A DNA stretch of 64,000 bases from Candidatus Dadabacteria bacterium (GTDB lineage Bacteria > Desulfobacterota_D > UBA1144 > Nemesobacterales > CSP1-2), in contig CAWDVW010000007.1 in NCBI GenBank assembly GCA_963805855.1, positions 576,001-640,000 of the forward strand, written 5' to 3'. Under the pieces are notes generated by a model that was given only the letters and a program-made list of their open reading frames with translations, was not told where the DNA came from and did no database searches. The number at the start of each line of letters is the position of its first letter. Within the stretch, counting starts at the first letter, position 1. The position numbers and the translations under genes were made by a program. Shown here piece by piece: positions 36,355 to 48,079 of this stretch.

Positions 36355-37386
36355 TCAGCTTTTCAATAATCTCTCTATACCGCCTATACCTTTAACCCAA
36401 TCTGCAAGTTGCCTGAGGCCCTCATCCATATTTACAATTGGCTTGTACCCAATTTCCTGCTTGGCCTTTTCAATACTATAACTCCTGCTTCCTGCGAGCG
36501 CTGCAACGGCAAATCTTGTTAACACAGGGGGGTTTTTGGAATTGACTATTTTGAATAAGATCTCCATTATATAAGCCACGCCATAGGCAATTGAATACGG
36601 TATAGTAAATTTTGGTGCCCATTCTATCCCAACCGCGCCAAGAAGCTTGGTCAGGAATTCAATGTGCTCTATTTTTACACCGTCATTGATAAAATAAATA
36701 TTTCCTCCATGACTGTCGCCTTCTACCGAAAGCACGAGCGCATGAACAAGGTTATCGACATGGCAGGGCGAAACCCATCTGTGTCCGCTCCCCATCGGGA
36801 AAAGGATACCCTTCTTAGCTGCCAGGGCTATTCTCGGCAGTATCACCCTGTCTCCTGCTCCCCACACGTTCGACGGCCTGAGCACAATCGTCTCAAGGCC
36901 GGTCCTTTCATGGAAGCCTGTCACAATCCTCTCAGCCTCTGCCTTGGTTTCATTGTAATGATCGTTGTACTTTTCCGGATACGGATAGCCCTCGTCTATA
37001 TCCTTAATATCGTGCACTTCCCAAAAATCTGACTTCCACACAACAGTTGAACTGCTCATATATATAAACCCCTTCACTCCCGAATCTTTGGACGCATCCA
37101 ATAGAACCCTGGTCGCCTCAACATTCATACTGTAAAAATCTCGCTTGGATCCCCAGTCGGTGACCATTGCGGCCAGATGATATACCAAATCGCCACCCTT
37201 TGTTAAGCTTCTGAGTGAATCATGATCTAAAAGATCTCCGTAGCACAACTCTACTCCCAATTTCTTCAACGGTTCAACTTGACTGGATTTTCTGACCAGA
37301 CATTTAACTTCATATCCCTTCTCAACTAATCTCTCCACGAGCCTACTCCCGATAAATCCAGTGCCGCCGGTGATTACTGCTTTCAT
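36355..37386 (-). CDS. NAD-dependent epimerase / 3-beta-HSD family extended SDR
   Basis: TGGTGFIG, HLAA, YNETK, LRPSNVWG. Confidence 0.9.
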   Translation of the reverse strand: MKAVITGGTGFIGSRLVERLVEKGYEVKCLVRKSSQVEPLKKLGVELCYGDLLDHDSLRSLTKGGDLVYHLAAMVTDWGSKRDFYSMNVEATRVLLDASKDSGVKGFIYMSSSTVVWKSDFWEVHDIKDIDEGYPYPEKYNDHYNETKAEAERIVTGFHERTGLETIVLRPSNVWGAGDRVILPRIALAAKKGILFPMGSGHRWVSPCHVDNLVHALVLSVEGDSHGGNIYFINDGVKIEHIEFLTKLLGAVGIEWAPKFTIPYSIAYGVAYIMEILFKIVNSKNPPVLTRFAVAALAGSRSYSIEKAKQEIGYKPIVNMDEGLRQLADWVKGIGGIERLLKS

Positions 37387-37581
37387 TTGTAGATCTCCAA
37401 AACCCTATTGGGTTCTTTAACGGATTTTTCGTTTCAAAAGATATGATCTAGAACCAACCAGCAAACTCAATAGATTGATTGTGTTTAAAGAAAATGGAAA
37501 TTCACAGATAGAGGCCTTTCCGTTCAGAAATAACTCGATAACACTGATCATCGCATCCTCTTATATCTCGGGAATCCAGAT

Positions 37582-38250
37582 CTAATTTGAATATTTAACT
37601 GAACAGCCGTATGGTTTTGATTGAGTTATTGTGACTGGCTTTCCGGCAAGTATTTCCTCAAGAGCCTGATCAACGTAGTTCAAAGCCTTTCCATCCTTTG
37701 ATCCCCGCGGGTCGTCATCGATCGCTCCCGAATAAACGAGTATGCCGGACGGACCTATTATATACATGTTTGGCGTGGTCTTTGCGCCGTAGAGTTTACC
37801 AACGCTCCCAGAGCTATCATCCAGTATGGGATAGCCAACTTTAAACTTATTGATCCAATTTTGGTTGTCTTGCTTATTCATGTAATGTGTGCTGTTGATC
37901 GCTATCCAAACCACATTCTTTTCTTTATATTTATTCGCTAATGTGGTCATAGTCTTGGAGTCGTAATGCCTTTGGACGAAAGGGCAATCTGGGTTCATCC
38001 ATTCAAGCACGATTATACTATTTTTAATGTCTGACAATTTAACCTCATGACCTGTTTGATCTTCAAGAGTAAAATCGGGTGCCGGAGATCCGATTTCTGC
38101 CTTGGTCTTATTATCCTGAGCGCTTAGACCTAGAATTAATGAGAAAAATATTGAAGTTGAAAAAAGGATCATCTTAATCAGTGAATTCAATTTCATAATT
38201 CCCTCCATGAGTTTATGATACTTTCTTTGACTCTTTTCATCATTTAGCAA
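37582..38250 (-). CDS. Exported redoxin (AhpC/TSA-like thioredoxin fold)
   Basis: APDFTL, EWMNPDCPFV, YGAKTTP, PYGCSVKY; true start probably an internal Met. Confidence 0.85.
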   Translation of the reverse strand: MLNDEKSQRKYHKLMEGIMKLNSLIKMILFSTSIFFSLILGLSAQDNKTKAEIGSPAPDFTLEDQTGHEVKLSDIKNSIIVLEWMNPDCPFVQRHYDSKTMTTLANKYKEKNVVWIAINSTHYMNKQDNQNWINKFKVGYPILDDSSGSVGKLYGAKTTPNMYIIGPSGILVYSGAIDDDPRGSKDGKALNYVDQALEEILAGKPVTITQSKPYGCSVKYSN

Positions 38251-38294
38251 CAGGCTATAGGACTCGTAAGATAATGACTTTTGTCTGCTTGTTT

Positions 38295-39149
38295 TTAATT
38301 CTTAGGATTCCGCTGAAGTGGAATTTGCAAGACAGTGCCATTACGTCTCCCATCCTTGTCCACGTATAATACCAAAGATTCCAGAATATCAGAGTCCAGT
38401 CTTTGACCGGGGTAAACCGATGCCTTGAATCTAATATCGGTCTTATCACTCCCTTTACGAATTTGAATTTTATCAATCTCTAATTCATTCTCTGGTGCCG
38501 GAATCCAATCTACATCCAGCGGTTTTTTTCTCCAGTCAAGCGTCACAGTGATATTTGAATCTGTTTGATCACTGTTCACATCTCTTTCAATAACAGCTAT
38601 AAATGGACTCGTGCCGGGATCGTATTCTATTGGTAAACGTTTTTCCCATTCTTCGAATAACGACGTGTTTATATGAGCTTCCGAATCAGTTGATATAACC
38701 GAGGTTTCGAGATTGCTCTTTCCTGGTATACAAATATCTGAACAACTGGTCCAGCTCACCTCCGCCCTTATTGGTATCGTTTCATAGTTTGAAAGATCAG
38801 ACGGCGCCCTGACTTCGGAAAATAAAAGCAAAGAGCCTTCATAACCAAAGTCCTCAATATCTCCGGGTCGTTTGAAGATCATGGGTATCGGCCACCGAAG
38901 ATCCTGCACAATAAAGCCATCAGGAAGAACAAAATTCACCGAGGTAGGCAATCCGGAATCACCGGGGTTTTTCCAGTATATATGCCAATTTGGTTCAATC
39001 TTAAACCTGACACCTATCTTGAATGTTTCCTCTGCCTTTATTTTCGAAACGTCTGCTATGAGTTCCGATTTAACTGGTGTTGGCAACTCCCCTGCCAACA
39101 AGTTAATCGGTGGAAAAAAATAAACCACAAAAAATATGAAAATCAGCAT
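38295..39149 (-). CDS. DsbD N-terminal-domain protein (disulfide reductase)
   Basis: WHIYWKNPGDSGLP and CSDICIP motifs. Confidence 0.85.
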   Translation of the reverse strand: MLIFIFFVVYFFPPINLLAGELPTPVKSELIADVSKIKAEETFKIGVRFKIEPNWHIYWKNPGDSGLPTSVNFVLPDGFIVQDLRWPIPMIFKRPGDIEDFGYEGSLLLFSEVRAPSDLSNYETIPIRAEVSWTSCSDICIPGKSNLETSVISTDSEAHINTSLFEEWEKRLPIEYDPGTSPFIAVIERDVNSDQTDSNITVTLDWRKKPLDVDWIPAPENELEIDKIQIRKGSDKTDIRFKASVYPGQRLDSDILESLVLYVDKDGRRNGTVLQIPLQRNPKN

Positions 39150-39238
39150 ATTATCTTCACCTATTTAAAAAACCTTTTAACAACCCTGAATCCATCTATT
39201 AAACAAGATGTCTATATCAACCGATTTAAATGTTGACG

Positions 39239-39712
39239 TTAAACCTGATGATACCAATCCTCCGCAGGTACACGTATAGCAAGAACTTCTCCTTCGGCGC
39301 ATTTTATTTGATTTGAAAAGAGCGAGCAACTAACCACGGTTTTTCTACCTTCTGTTTTTGAAATTCTGGCCCTCAGGTCAACAGGCTTATCAATATGTGC
39401 AGGTTTGTGATAGTCAATTTTTAATGATGCTGTAACATACCAAATAAATGGTTCTGTATCCAACCCCCTCCCCTCTTTCCTGTATGCCGCCGCAATGGCT
39501 GTACATACCGAGTGACAGTCGATGACGGTTGCGATAATCCCTCCGTTTAGAATATTTGTGGGACCCGCCATATGCTGCGGGCTTGGTACCCATGTGCAGA
39601 CCGATTCTTCACCTGACCAATAACTTTTCAAACGTAGTCCCTGCTCGTTACCGCTTCCACAACCCCAGCAATTGTTCCTACGAAGATAATCCTGAAAGCC
39701 TCTTTTCTCCAT
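39239..39712 (-). CDS. PaaI/hotdog thioesterase
   Basis: CWGCG..N..GL, LNGGIIATVIDCH, VTASLKIDY. Confidence 0.88.
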   Translation of the reverse strand: MEKRGFQDYLRRNNCWGCGSGNEQGLRLKSYWSGEESVCTWVPSPQHMAGPTNILNGGIIATVIDCHSVCTAIAAAYRKEGRGLDTEPFIWYVTASLKIDYHKPAHIDKPVDLRARISKTEGRKTVVSCSLFSNQIKCAEGEVLAIRVPAEDWYHQV

Positions 39713-39940
39713 TGAATGATCCTCCTCTTGAGATGAGATTAATTTGACTCAGCTTGCACAAAACTCAACTGGGAAGAAAACACGTAATTAATTACCAATT
39801 ATTATCATAGCGAAAGTATTTTTGGGAAATTTACCTTTTTGATATTCCTTTTCACAGAATTATACTATTCCTCTTTATTAAGATATATAATATCAATCCA
39901 AAGATTGTAAAAACCTAGCTGAGCACAGGAGATAATCTAC

Positions 39941-40858
39941 ATGACACCAGCCGATGAAACATTTGATGGGACGTTCCCATTCAGGGCTCATTTTTCCGAA
40001 GTCAACGGTTTTAAAATGCACTATGTAGATGAAGGCGAGGGTGAGCCGATTATCTGTCTCCACGGCGAGCCTACGTGGGGTTATCTGTATCGGAAATTCA
40101 TACCCCCTCTCTCCAAGACAAATAGGGTCATCGTACCTGATCATATGGGATTTGGAAAAAGCGAAACTCCTCAGGATAAAGAGTATACCCTACAAACACA
40201 TGTCGAAAATCTTGTAGGGTTGATTGAAGAGCTTGGCCTCCAAGATATAACATTTGTCGCCCAGGACTGGGGTGGACCAATATGCAGCGCTTACACAGTT
40301 CGCTACCCGGATCGAGTAAAGCGATTCTGCCTCATGAATACCCTTCTCGGCTATGGACCCCTTGTGCCAAATGCTCCAAAAATACCGGCATTACATACAT
40401 CACCGTGGTTTACCTGGGTAATAAAAGGATTAGAAGACGGTTCCTACTATGAGGTGTTGGGAAACTTACGCACGACTACTCTGAGTGTGATGAAGCTGCT
40501 CGGGTTTGAGAAGTCACAGGTCGTGGATCAAGCGTGGCTCAGGGCGTACTCTTCGCCATTTGAGAACAAATCTGAGTGCAAAGGCGCGATAGAATTTCCC
40601 CTAGATGTAGCCCAGCAACGGATACTCAATTATGTAAAAGAGGGGATAGGCGGAATCGACGAGTTACGCAAGAAGCCAGCGATGCTGGCTGAAGGCATGC
40701 GCGACAGAGCCATACCTCCAGCAAGAGCGATCGCAGATTTCAAAATACTCTACCCGACTGGCCCTATAGTTGAGTTAGAAAATGTGGGCCATTTCTGTCA
40801 GGAAGACGCGCCAGAAACCCTAGTCGCTCTGATCCAGCAATTTATTCAAATGACATAG
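39941..40858 (+). CDS. Haloalkane dehalogenase-like alpha/beta hydrolase
   Basis: HYVDEG, LHGEPTWGYLYR, QDWGG nucleophile, GHFCQED. Confidence 0.88.
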   Translation: MTPADETFDGTFPFRAHFSEVNGFKMHYVDEGEGEPIICLHGEPTWGYLYRKFIPPLSKTNRVIVPDHMGFGKSETPQDKEYTLQTHVENLVGLIEELGLQDITFVAQDWGGPICSAYTVRYPDRVKRFCLMNTLLGYGPLVPNAPKIPALHTSPWFTWVIKGLEDGSYYEVLGNLRTTTLSVMKLLGFEKSQVVDQAWLRAYSSPFENKSECKGAIEFPLDVAQQRILNYVKEGIGGIDELRKKPAMLAEGMRDRAIPPARAIADFKILYPTGPIVELENVGHFCQEDAPETLVALIQQFIQMT

Positions 40859-40882
40859 AGAATGAAGAGTCATTGACCACAT

Positions 40883-41182
40883 TTACAATAAGTACTTATC
40901 ATACACTTCCTTGGCCCAGAAAATATCTGTTCCTGAAGAAAGCAGCCCGGTCATCATAATTGTCTCGGCTATCTCTTCTTTACTTATTTTCATGGCAAGA
41001 GCTTTTTTTATGCGAGAACTTGTACAATGAGGGCATCTGCCGTGAACAACTACCGCTACTGCAATCAAGGCCTTTGTCTTCTTATCAAGCTTTGTCTCGC
41101 CCTCGACTGCATTGTAAAATTTCCACCACCCTTCTGCCATCTCAGGGGCATGCTTTTCGAACCACCTCTGATCATCTGCCAT
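40883..41182 (-). CDS. Carboxymuconolactone decarboxylase/AhpD-like protein
   Basis: LDKKTKALIAVAV..CPHC; start ATG 41182 after AGGAGG. Confidence 0.85.
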   Translation of the reverse strand: MADDQRWFEKHAPEMAEGWWKFYNAVEGETKLDKKTKALIAVAVVVHGRCPHCTSSRIKKALAMKISKEEIAETIMMTGLLSSGTDIFWAKEVYDKYLL

Positions 41183-41365
41183 CTTGTAATACCTCCTTTT
41201 TATGTTTTGATATTGTAAAGATTTTAACACATTATATTACTGTATTACCGGGTTAACCTAATATTTAGATTAAATTATATCTGTTTGGGTTCGTGATTAT
41301 AGGTTTATTTAATTCCAGTACATTGGTATGATAATTGACGTGATAAAAAAGCGGAGGAGGTTATT

Positions 41366-41764
41366 ATGCAATTTCTACACACCATGATCAGGGTTGGCGA
41401 TTTGGAGAGATCTATTAAATTTTATACAGAGGTTTTGGGGCTAAAACTACACAGAAAAACGGACTATCCAGATGGGAAATTCACCCTGGCCTTTTTAGGT
41501 TATGGCGGAGACGCTGAGCCATTTTTGGAATTGACATACAACTGGGATACCGATAAATATGACCTGGGTAATAGCTATGGTCACATGGCATTTGGCGTTG
41601 AGGACATTTATGCTGCCTGTGAAAAGATTGAGGAGCTAGGAGGAAAGGTCGTTAGACCCCCCGGGCCTATGAAGCACGGGACAACCGTTATTGCATTTGT
41701 CGAAGACCCCGATTCATATAGGATCGAGCTGATAGAGAGAAAGGAAAAGTCGTCGGCTTATTAA
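41366..41764 (+). CDS. gloA: Lactoylglutathione lyase (glyoxalase I)
   Basis: [36 protein letters not shown]. Confidence 0.95.
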   Translation: MQFLHTMIRVGDLERSIKFYTEVLGLKLHRKTDYPDGKFTLAFLGYGGDAEPFLELTYNWDTDKYDLGNSYGHMAFGVEDIYAACEKIEELGGKVVRPPGPMKHGTTVIAFVEDPDSYRIELIERKEKSSAY

Positions 41765-41869
41765 GGTTCTATTTCGCCCTAATATACATTCGCAGCGCCC
41801 GTTTCGCGAGCGAGCACGAAGATTGGAACTGATGAGGGCATAGGTCTCGACATAGACCTTTGCGAGAAT

Positions 41870-43210
41870 CTAGTCCTTTTCCTTTCTACGTTCTTTCCAA
41901 ATCCTTTCGAGATACTTCTTTAGATTTGCTTCTTTTCCAATTTCGGTCGGGTCGTAATAGATCCTGCCTTTCAGCTCATCGGGAAGATAGCCCTGATCAA
42001 CAAAATGATCCTCGTAGTTATGAGAGTACTTATAGCCCTTCCCGTATCCCAAATCCTTCATCAGCTTTGTAGGCGCGTTTCTAAGATGTATCGGGATTGG
42101 AATGTAAGGCCTTTCTTCAACGTCCGACATCGCCTTTGATATCGCAATGGTGGAAGAGTTACTCTTTGGACAGCTGGCAAGAAACGTAGTTGCCTGTGAA
42201 AGAATTAAATTAGCCTCGGGCATGCCTACATAATGCACCGCAGTGAAACAGGACGTTGCCAGCGTGAGCGCATATGGCTCGGCATTGCCAATATCTTCGG
42301 ATGCTAGAATGATAAGTCGGCGTGCAATAAATTTAGGGTCTTCTCCAGCTTCGAGCATTCTTGCAAGGTAATAAACAGCCGCATCAGGGTCACTGCCCCT
42401 TACGCTTTTGATAAATGCGGAAATGGTATTATAATGCTCCTCTCCGCTTTGATCATATTTATAGTGTTGTGTTTGATAAGCCTCGCGGACCCTGCTCTTA
42501 TCGATTCCCACCGGCGCTTGCCCCTTGTTCAAATTAAAGGAGATCTCGAGGGCATTGAGCATGACCCTTGCGTCGCCACCGGATAGTCTAATTAATTCTT
42601 CGCGAGCGTCTTCGGCTAATGACACGCCCTTGATAACTTCATCTATCTCCAGTGCTCGTTTTAAGATTCTTTCTAGATCATCCCCGGTCAGGGGATCCAG
42701 TGTATAAACCTGACACCTGGAAAGCAACGGGGATATCACTTCAAATGAAGGGTTCTCGGTAGTCGCACCAATAACAATGATTGTCCCTTCTTCCACGCTT
42801 TTAAGCAGAGCGGCCTGCTGGGCCTTATTAAACCGGTGAATCTCATCAATGAATAGAATCGTTTTTGTTCCTATTTCCAGCGACTTCTGTGCCCGATCTA
42901 CTATTTCCCTTAATTCCTTTACTCCAGATGAAATGGCATTTATTTGAATAAAATCTGCCTTCAGTGTCCCCGCAAACATCCTTGCAAGCGTAGTTTTACC
43001 TGTGCCAGGAGGCCCCCAAAGAATCATGGCGGGGATGGTACCGGCCTTTATCATCTTCCTGATTACACCGTCTTCACCGAGCAAATGATCCTGCCCTATG
43101 AACTCGCTCAGCCCTCTTGGCCTAACCCTTTCGGCAAGGGGAACGGCCGATTTCGGGGCCTTGAATAAGGAAGGAGTATCCCGCTTTAGATTCGAATATT
43201 TCTTTGACAT
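41870..43210 (-). CDS. rarA: Replication-associated recombination protein A
   Basis: PLAERVRP, WGPPGTGKTT, DEIHRFNKAQQ, ATTENPSF, SAFIKSVRGSDPDAA. Confidence 0.96.
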   Translation of the reverse strand: MSKKYSNLKRDTPSLFKAPKSAVPLAERVRPRGLSEFIGQDHLLGEDGVIRKMIKAGTIPAMILWGPPGTGKTTLARMFAGTLKADFIQINAISSGVKELREIVDRAQKSLEIGTKTILFIDEIHRFNKAQQAALLKSVEEGTIIVIGATTENPSFEVISPLLSRCQVYTLDPLTGDDLERILKRALEIDEVIKGVSLAEDAREELIRLSGGDARVMLNALEISFNLNKGQAPVGIDKSRVREAYQTQHYKYDQSGEEHYNTISAFIKSVRGSDPDAAVYYLARMLEAGEDPKFIARRLIILASEDIGNAEPYALTLATSCFTAVHYVGMPEANLILSQATTFLASCPKSNSSTIAISKAMSDVEERPYIPIPIHLRNAPTKLMKDLGYGKGYKYSHNYEDHFVDQGYLPDELKGRIYYDPTEIGKEANLKKYLERIWKERRKEKD

Positions 43211-43397
43211 CTCTCGTTTATAAAAACCCTTGTTGTTAATAGGTTAAATCGATAACACTGAGAAATCAATTTAAGTATTAAAAAGTTTTAGTTCAGGTTT
43301 CTGAGATGTGATGCAGGGAATTCCAGAAATTTTAAGATCCGATCTTAATAGTGAAACCTAACGGCTTTTCATTAAGAAATTAATTCATAAGATATGT

Positions 43398-43422
43398 GCG
43401 GGACAGGAATGTCCCGCCTATC
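43398..43422 (-). repeat. REP-like hairpin
   Basis: GCGGGACA-GGAA-TGTCCCGC-CTATC (ATAG/GTAG-type tag on the minus strand). Confidence 0.55.
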
Positions 43423-43507
43423 GCCCGACGGCATTCAACGCTATTCATAAATATAACAGCCGCTTTTTTTTACTCCGCGTATCATATTTTGATAAATAAA
43501 ACGAATA

Positions 43508-43951
43508 TTACCTATCTCGCTCGTTTGACAATTGAATCGTGTATCTATATGTCCACCAGATAAAAAATAATTGCAGAGGTATCCGAAACAACAAATATTT
43601 AGGCCCATATGCGTGACCGCCAAAAGCAACATGCTTATATGCCGCATAAACGTTGGCCGGAAGAAACCCAACCAACATGAGAATCAGGCAAATACCAGCC
43701 AATCTCCGAAGCCGTGGTACTAATATCCCGATTGCGCCCAGTAATTCTAATACGCCCGTCATATAAATTATCTCAGATTTATATGAAAGATAATCAGGCA
43801 GCATCATCGCCATTTCCTGTGTTTTGTAGAAGTGAGCGGTTCCGGTGAAAATGAGAAGGACAGCCAGCGATATTCGACCCCTCAATCCCTTTTCGACCTT
43901 AATCAAAGCTAGAACCACGTAAGAGACTAATAAAACGGCCAATGTTATCAT
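43508..43951 (-). CDS. DoxX-like membrane protein
   Basis: FTGTAHF, TGVLELLGA, FLPANVYAA, RIPLQ. Confidence 0.75.
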   Translation of the reverse strand: MITLAVLLVSYVVLALIKVEKGLRGRISLAVLLIFTGTAHFYKTQEMAMMLPDYLSYKSEIIYMTGVLELLGAIGILVPRLRRLAGICLILMLVGFLPANVYAAYKHVAFGGHAYGPKYLLFRIPLQLFFIWWTYRYTIQLSNERDR

Positions 43952-44215
43952 TGTCTAGCCATTTAAATATGATTAGCTTAAATGCACTGACAAACAAAAA
44001 AATCAATTATAATTCAATTATGAAGTACCTCATGTTCAATTACAATTCGATTACAATCTCAATACCGGCTTCTTAGAGATCGCTCCCAATCCGCTCACAA
44101 AGAAATTGGTAAACGTATTGACTCCGAACAGTCTAATAACATATCATTACAATTATATTTGGAGCTGAAACAAATTTCATCAAACAACCAATAAGCCAAG
44201 ACGGGGGTAAATAAA

Positions 44216-45910
44216 TTGTCTAAAAACGAAACGAGTACAGTAGGATCGTATCTCGCAACACGCCTGGAGCAGATCGGGATAAGACACTATTTTGCAGTGC
44301 CCGGCGATTATAATCTCATACTCCTCGATGAGTTTCTGAAAAATGAAAATCTTAAATTGATCGGATGTTGTAACGAATTAAACGCCGGTTATGCGGCTGA
44401 TGGTTATGCACGCGCAAATGGCGTTTCTGCAGTAGTGGTTACATTCTCTGTAGGCGGTTTAAGCGCAATTAATGCCATAGCGGGGGCGTATGCCGAGGAC
44501 CTTCCAGTGATCATAATCTCAGGTGGCCCAAACAGTAATTCAGAATCCGAAAATCAACTACTACACCACACATGTGGTGAAGTTCGGTATGGATATGCAC
44601 TCGATATCTTTTCACATGTGACAGCAAACTCAGTCATCATAAGACATCTTAAGGATGCACCGTCACAGATCGACGAAGCCATCTCAGCATGTGTCCGAAA
44701 GCGTAAACCCGTTTATATAGAAATAGCCTGCAACATAGCCAAGTTAGAGACATCATTTCCGAAGAGGCAACGATTTTTTATTAAACATTCAAGCCACCCG
44801 GAAGCTTTAACGGACGCGGTAGAGCATGCGACTTCACTACTCAATAAAGCTTCAAAACCGGTTTTAGTCGCTGGGCCAAGACTTCGGGCATGGGGAGCTA
44901 TTGAATCTTTTCAGAAGCTCGTTGACGTTTCTGGATACGCAGTTGCCGCTATGCCGAATGCGAAAGGGTTTATCCCAGAAAATCATCCGAGCTTCATCGG
45001 TACGTACTGGGGACCGGTGAGCAGCCCCGGAACAAATGAAATCGTTGAATCGGCAGACGCATATTTATTCGCGGGTCCTATTTTTACAGATTACACCACG
45101 AGCGGTTTTACGACTCTGATCAACCAAGAAAAACTGATCAACGCGGAGCCGGACAGGATACACATCACAAACCAAACATATAACGACGTGACACTGGATG
45201 AGTTCTTAACGGCATTAGCCGCTAAAATCAAACCAAATAATGGTTCGCTCAAGGCATATGAACGCATTAAGACCGAATATGCCCCAGAGCCACCTATAAG
45301 GCCTGATAAGCCGCTTACCACACGAAGGCTCTTTAATCAGATCCAGCAATTACTCGATTCGAATTCTGTTGTGATCGCGGAGACCGGTGATTCCTGGTTT
45401 AACGGGATGAAATTAAGGCTTCCGGAGGGTGCGAGATTTGAGATACAGATGCAGTACGGATCGATCGGCTGGTCTGTTGGTGCCACCCTCGGCTATGAAC
45501 TGGGCAGCGCTAAACCATGCCGCGTAATCTCATTAATAGGCGATGGTTCCTTTCAATTAACCGCCCAGGAGGTTTCAACCATGATAAGATACGGATTGAA
45601 ACCCATCATCTTTCTGATCAATAATGGCGGTTACACGATAGAGGTTGAGATTCATGATGGTCCTTACAACAACATTAAAAATTGGAAGTATGCTGAACTC
45701 ATAAATGTCTTTAATGCGGATGATGGAAATGGCTGGTCTACAAAGGTTTCGACAGAGGGAGAGTTGGATAAGGCACTGATGGAGGCATTAACCCACGACG
45801 GAGTAAGTTTCATAGAGTTAATAATCGACCGGGATGACTGCAGCAAAGAGCTGCTTGAGTGGGGAAGCCACGTCGCAGCGAATAACGGGCGCCCTCCGAG
45901 GAATTTGTAG
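44216..45910 (+). CDS. pdc: Pyruvate decarboxylase-like ThDP enzyme (Zymomonas/plant type)
   Basis: [68 protein letters not shown]. Confidence 0.85.
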   Translation: MSKNETSTVGSYLATRLEQIGIRHYFAVPGDYNLILLDEFLKNENLKLIGCCNELNAGYAADGYARANGVSAVVVTFSVGGLSAINAIAGAYAEDLPVIIISGGPNSNSESENQLLHHTCGEVRYGYALDIFSHVTANSVIIRHLKDAPSQIDEAISACVRKRKPVYIEIACNIAKLETSFPKRQRFFIKHSSHPEALTDAVEHATSLLNKASKPVLVAGPRLRAWGAIESFQKLVDVSGYAVAAMPNAKGFIPENHPSFIGTYWGPVSSPGTNEIVESADAYLFAGPIFTDYTTSGFTTLINQEKLINAEPDRIHITNQTYNDVTLDEFLTALAAKIKPNNGSLKAYERIKTEYAPEPPIRPDKPLTTRRLFNQIQQLLDSNSVVIAETGDSWFNGMKLRLPEGARFEIQMQYGSIGWSVGATLGYELGSAKPCRVISLIGDGSFQLTAQEVSTMIRYGLKPIIFLINNGGYTIEVEIHDGPYNNIKNWKYAELINVFNADDGNGWSTKVSTEGELDKALMEALTHDGVSFIELIIDRDDCSKELLEWGSHVAANNGRPPRNL

Positions 45911-45978
45911 TTCTTCGGGCGACTTCGAGCACCGCTTTTTAATGCGGTGCCACAAAACACCACCTAATACGGGGAGGA

Positions 45979-46662
45979 ATGCTCATGGAACTCTACGATA
46001 TCATGCGTAGTACGTTTTCCGCGAGAGAATTCACGGATGATCCAATTCCTGACCGAACAATATTTAAAATCCTGGACAACGCGCGCTTCGCCCCAAGTGG
46101 TGGCAACAGGCAGGGGTGGCGCGTTATCATAATACGTAGGCAAGAAACGAGGGAGGCGTTAGCAGAGCTAACGATAGCGGCTGCAAAGCGGTATGCAGCA
46201 CAAATAAGAGCTGGAGAGAATCCCTGGAATACCGTAAATCTTACCAAGGTTGATGATCGAACGATTGAGCTCACAGCTGCGCCATCACAGTTTACAAAAC
46301 CGTACCTGCAGGCAGCTGTGGTGCTTGTCGTGTGCGTTGATCTGAAGGTAGTCGCATCTATGGATCAATATTTGAACCGTGTCGGTGTCGTCAGTGGCGC
46401 TTCAATTTATCCATTTGTCTGGAACATATTGCTTGCCGCAAGACACGAAGGCTACGGCGGAACCATTACAACCCTAGCAATTTCAGAGGAACCCAAGCTT
46501 CAGGAACTGTTGGGCATTCCCGAACACTTTGCGGTATCCGCGATTATACCGCTAGGAAAACCGGTCAGATACCTCACGAGGCTAAAGCGAAGACCAGTCT
46601 CGTCTTTTGCGACATTTGAACACTTCGATGGTACACCCCTTACCGACGTTAGGGATGAATAG
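45979..46662 (+). CDS. Nitroreductase family protein
   Basis: REFTDDP, APSGGNRQGW, NILLAAR.EGYG. Confidence 0.88.
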   Translation: MLMELYDIMRSTFSAREFTDDPIPDRTIFKILDNARFAPSGGNRQGWRVIIIRRQETREALAELTIAAAKRYAAQIRAGENPWNTVNLTKVDDRTIELTAAPSQFTKPYLQAAVVLVVCVDLKVVASMDQYLNRVGVVSGASIYPFVWNILLAARHEGYGGTITTLAISEEPKLQELLGIPEHFAVSAIIPLGKPVRYLTRLKRRPVSSFATFEHFDGTPLTDVRDE

Positions 46663-46765
46663 AATTTCAAGAAATTGCGTCATGCAATATTTAAAGAGCA
46701 TGATCCCCCTTTCCTATTCTCAGCTCTGAAACTTATCTGCTGAAATTCAGTTTATTAACTATGAA

Positions 46766-47134
46766 ATGACTAATAAGACGATTCTCCTGTCATCATTAAT
46801 TACGCTGGTTTCACTTGCGATCACATCGTGTTACGCAGCCTACCCCGGTGGATATGGTTATGCAGGAACCGGGGCTCTATACTATTCGAATTCAGGAGCT
46901 TACTACGACTATCCAGGATACTACTACCCATATTCAAGATATCGACATTTTCATGATAAACATGGAAATAGGCGCAATAAATTTTACGGCGGTGCTCACG
47001 ATAGGGATCCGTGGATATCCGATCATGAGCATAACCGTGATTACCATGGGTCAGAACGTTTGCACGAGAGGGGACATCAGGGGTTAAGGAATTCGCACAA
47101 CCGCGGTGATCGTGGGATAGGTCACAGGAGATAA
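46766..47134 (+). CDS. Hypothetical small lipoprotein with Tyr/Gly- then His/Arg-rich tail
   Basis: Lipobox-like ITSC; low complexity. Confidence 0.55.
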   Translation: MTNKTILLSSLITLVSLAITSCYAAYPGGYGYAGTGALYYSNSGAYYDYPGYYYPYSRYRHFHDKHGNRRNKFYGGAHDRDPWISDHEHNRDYHGSERLHERGHQGLRNSHNRGDRGIGHRR

Positions 47135-47405
47135 ACAAAGCATCGTATTTTCAAAACGTAAACGGATCATTTCTTTTTTACAACAGTTAATCCGAGCTAG
47201 ACCTCAATTTGCGATTAATCTCGACCCCATGAACTCCTCATGCTTTTCTTTTAATTGTCGGAAAAAGTTGTTCCAAATTCAAAGTTCAATAATTGGAAAA
47301 ACGCTTGGCTTGGGTATTATCTTGCTGAAGTATTAACTTGTTCAGCAAGTTAAGTTCTCTTGATTCGATCACCCTTATAAGGCTAAGAAATCAAAGAAAA
47401 GAGTT

Positions 47406-48079
47406 ATGATAATTGTAAGGAATTTATCAAAGCACTTCTACGTAGAAAACACTGCTAGATACATCTTGAATAATGTATCACTCGAAATCGAAAAAGGCGA
47501 TTTCGGAATAATTACTGGAAGAAGTGGGGCAGGTAAATCGACACTGTTACACCTAATCGCCGGGCTGGACACACCCAGTAGTGGCGAATGCTGGATTGAG
47601 GAAGACCTTATATCAAGCTTTGATGAAGATAGGCGAGCAGAATTTAGACTGAAAAATATCGGATTTGTGTTTCAAACTTTTAATTTTCTGTCCAGCCTCA
47701 CTATATCTGAAAATATAATGATCCCAAAAATCTTATTGAATAATGACTCCGCGGGTGAAATTAAAGCCCAGATAGAAAACATATCTAATGTACTCGCAAT
47801 TAATCAAATATTAAATCAGTTGCCGAGTGAGGTTTCAGGAGGAGAATTGCAGAGAGCATGCATAGCAAGAGCAATGATTAATAACCCGAGAGTTATTTTG
47901 GCAGATGAACCGACCGGAAATCTGGATACCGAAAACAGGGAAGTTGTCGTTGAATCGTTTAACAAGATCAAAAGTCAATTCAAAGTAACAATTCTGATGG
48001 TTACCCACGACGAAGAAATAGAAAAAACGCTGACGCGATATTTCATTTGAAAGATGGCATCATAAATAAGATTCGATGA
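47406..48079 (+). CDS. ABC transporter ATP-binding protein (LolD/AttE-like), frameshifted in an A-run near the 3' end
   Basis: GRSGAGKST, VSGGELQR, ADEPTGNLD; adding one base at about 48025 restores NADAIFHLKDG..* overlapping the next ATG. Confidence 0.85.
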
